In this document: piece by piece, positions 62,503-64,000 of the stretch
How positions within the stretch are numbered: position 1 is the stretch's first letter
How the letters are laid out: the number at the start of each line of letters is the position of its first letter
DNA from: Octopus sinensis
Taxonomy: Eukaryota
Direction of reading: 5' to 3'
Assembly (NCBI RefSeq): GCF_006345805.1
Contig: NC_042997.1
Coordinates: forward strand, 213,280,001-213,344,000
Length of the DNA: 64,000 bases
Notes under the pieces: model-generated
Told to the model about the DNA's origin: nothing
Databases searched by the model: none
What the model saw: the letters and a program-made list of their open reading frames with translations, nothing else
Made by a program: the position numbers and the translations under genes

Positions 62503-64000
62503 TATCAAAGAGGTTCGCGAAAGAGTTCAAAGAGAAGTGTTGACAGAGATCAAAGAGGATGCCGGTAGAGATCAAAGAGATGTGCCGACAGAGATCAAAG
62601 AGGGTGCTGACACAGATCAAAGACGGTGCCGACAGAGATCAAAGATGGTGCCGACACAGATCAAAGATGGTGCCAACAGAGATCAAAGAGAGTGCCGACA
62701 TAGATCAAAGATGGTGCCGACAGTGATCAAAGAGGGTGCTGACACAGATCAAAGACGGTGCCGAAAGAGATCAAAGAGCGTGCCCACAGAGATCAAAGAG
62801 GGTACCGACAGAGATCAAAGAGGGTTCCGATCGAGATCAAAGGGCCTGCCGGTAGAGATCAAACAGGAGTGCCGATAGAGATCAAAGAGGGCGCAAACAT
62901 AGATCAAAGAACCTGCCGATAGAGATCAAAGAGGAGTGTCGACAGAAATCGAAGAGCGTGTCGGCAGAGATCAAAGACTGCCGAAAGAGATCAAAGAGGG
63001 TGCCGATAGAGATCAAAAAGCCGATAAAGTTCAAAGACGGTACCGTCAGAGATCAAAGATGGTGCCCACAGAGATCAAAGAGTGTGCCGACAGAGATCAA
63101 AGACGGTGCCGAAAGAGATCAAAGATGGTGCCGACATAAATCAAAGATGGTGCCGACAAACATTCCAGGCATTCCTGACATTTCTGATATTCCTGACATT
63201 CCAGACATTCCTGATATTCCAGCGATCAAAGAGCGTGCCGACAGAGATCAAAGAGGAGTGCCGTCAAAGATCAAAGCGGGCGCCGACAGAGATCAAAGAG
63301 GGTGCCGACATAGATCAAAGAGGGTGCCGACAGAGATCAAAGATGGTGCCGACAGAGATCAAAGATGGTGCTGACAGAGACCAAAGAGCGAGCCGACAGA
63401 GATTAAAGAGGAGTGCCGACAAAGAGGGCGCCGAAAGAGGTCAAGGAGCCCGCCGACAGTGATCAAAGAACGTTCCGACAGAGATCTAAGAGGGTCCCGA
63501 AAAAGATCAAAGAGCGGGCCGACAGAGATCAAGAAGAGATCAAAGAGGCTGCCAACAGTGATCAAAGACGGTGTCAAAAGATGTCATAGAGGGTGTCGAC
63601 ATAGATCAAAGGCGGTCCCGAAAGAGATCATAGAGAGTGCCGAAAGAGATCAAAGAGGAGTGTTGACAGAGATCAAAGAGGGTGCAGACAGAGATCAAAG
63701 TGTAGTGCCGAAAGAGATCAAAGAGGGTCCCGAAAGAGATCAAAGAGGAGTGTTGATAGAGATCAAAGAGGGTGCCGATAGAGATCAAAGAGGGTACCGA
63801 CAGAGCTCAAAGATCGTGTCGACAGAGATCACAGAGGGCGCCGGCAGAGGTCAAAGTGTCTGCCGCCAAAAATCAAAGATCGTGCCGACAGAGACAGAGT
63901 GTACTGAAAGAGTTCAAAGAGGAGTGTCGACAGAGATCAAAGAGGATGCCGAAAGAGATCAAAAAGGGTGCCGACAGAGATCAAAGAGCGTGCCGACAGA
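62503..64000. repeat. 22-bp minisatellite, consensus GCCGACAGAGATCAAAGAGGGT, about 64 units, continues past the window end
   Basis: ATCAAAG recurs at 22-bp spacing (e.g. 62594, 62616, 62638, 62660, 62682); some 20-23 bp variants. Confidence 0.95.
63161..63223. repeat. Seven 9-bp units (consensus CATTCCTGA) inserted in the 22-bp array
   Basis: cattccagg cattcctga catttctga tattcctga cattccaga cattcctga tattccagc. Confidence 0.95.

Noticed and set aside
62503-64000. CRISPR-like repeat/spacer look, and ORFs of 67-138 aa in the 22-bp array
   Set aside because: The variable parts are only a few nt and are variants of one consensus, not unique spacers; no cas genes; eukaryotic context. The 22-bp period is not a multiple of 3, and ORFs appear in all frames because the unit lacks stops.
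1-64000. Prokaryotic or viral system, or contamination
   Set aside because: No operon-like ORF runs, rRNA or phage genes; all recognisable content is eukaryotic ZNF, TE or satellite sequence.

Overview
AT-rich eukaryotic DNA, inferred to be a coleoid cephalopod (probably Octopus) from the style of the C2H2 arrays, the SINE families and the RTE/CR1 repeats. Positions 1-53 kb hold a KRAB-less C2H2 zinc-finger cluster of five single-coding-exon genes with 16, 20 (frameshifted), 13, 11 and 13 fingers. They sit in dense transposon debris: RTE and CR1-like LINEs, three tRNA-type SINE families, Merlin, DD37D/maT, Gypsy, Helitron, foldback and MITE elements, and Penelope-like pieces. From about 53 kb the window becomes satellite-like: (AAT)n-derived arrays that switch strand, a young R4/Dong-type RLE retrotransposon inside (TAA)n, a 94-bp repeat, and a 22-bp minisatellite running off the window end. 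The strongest leads are: (1) each 22-bp unit pairs a TCF/LEF HMG site with a C-clamp Helper-like site, and a 9-bp-period TEAD-like cluster sits inside the array; (2) a TSD-flanked patchwork insertion built from four pieces of the neighbouring ZNF locus, bracketed by a Penelope-like repeat carrying a minimal hammerhead-like motif with a G3:C8 swap; (3) near-identity of the N-terminal leaders of three otherwise diverged ZNF paralogues, consistent with gene conversion; (4) a PHD-type finger inserted inside the RTE reverse transcriptase. Coordinates were read by eye and no database search was run. Family names rest on motif recognition.
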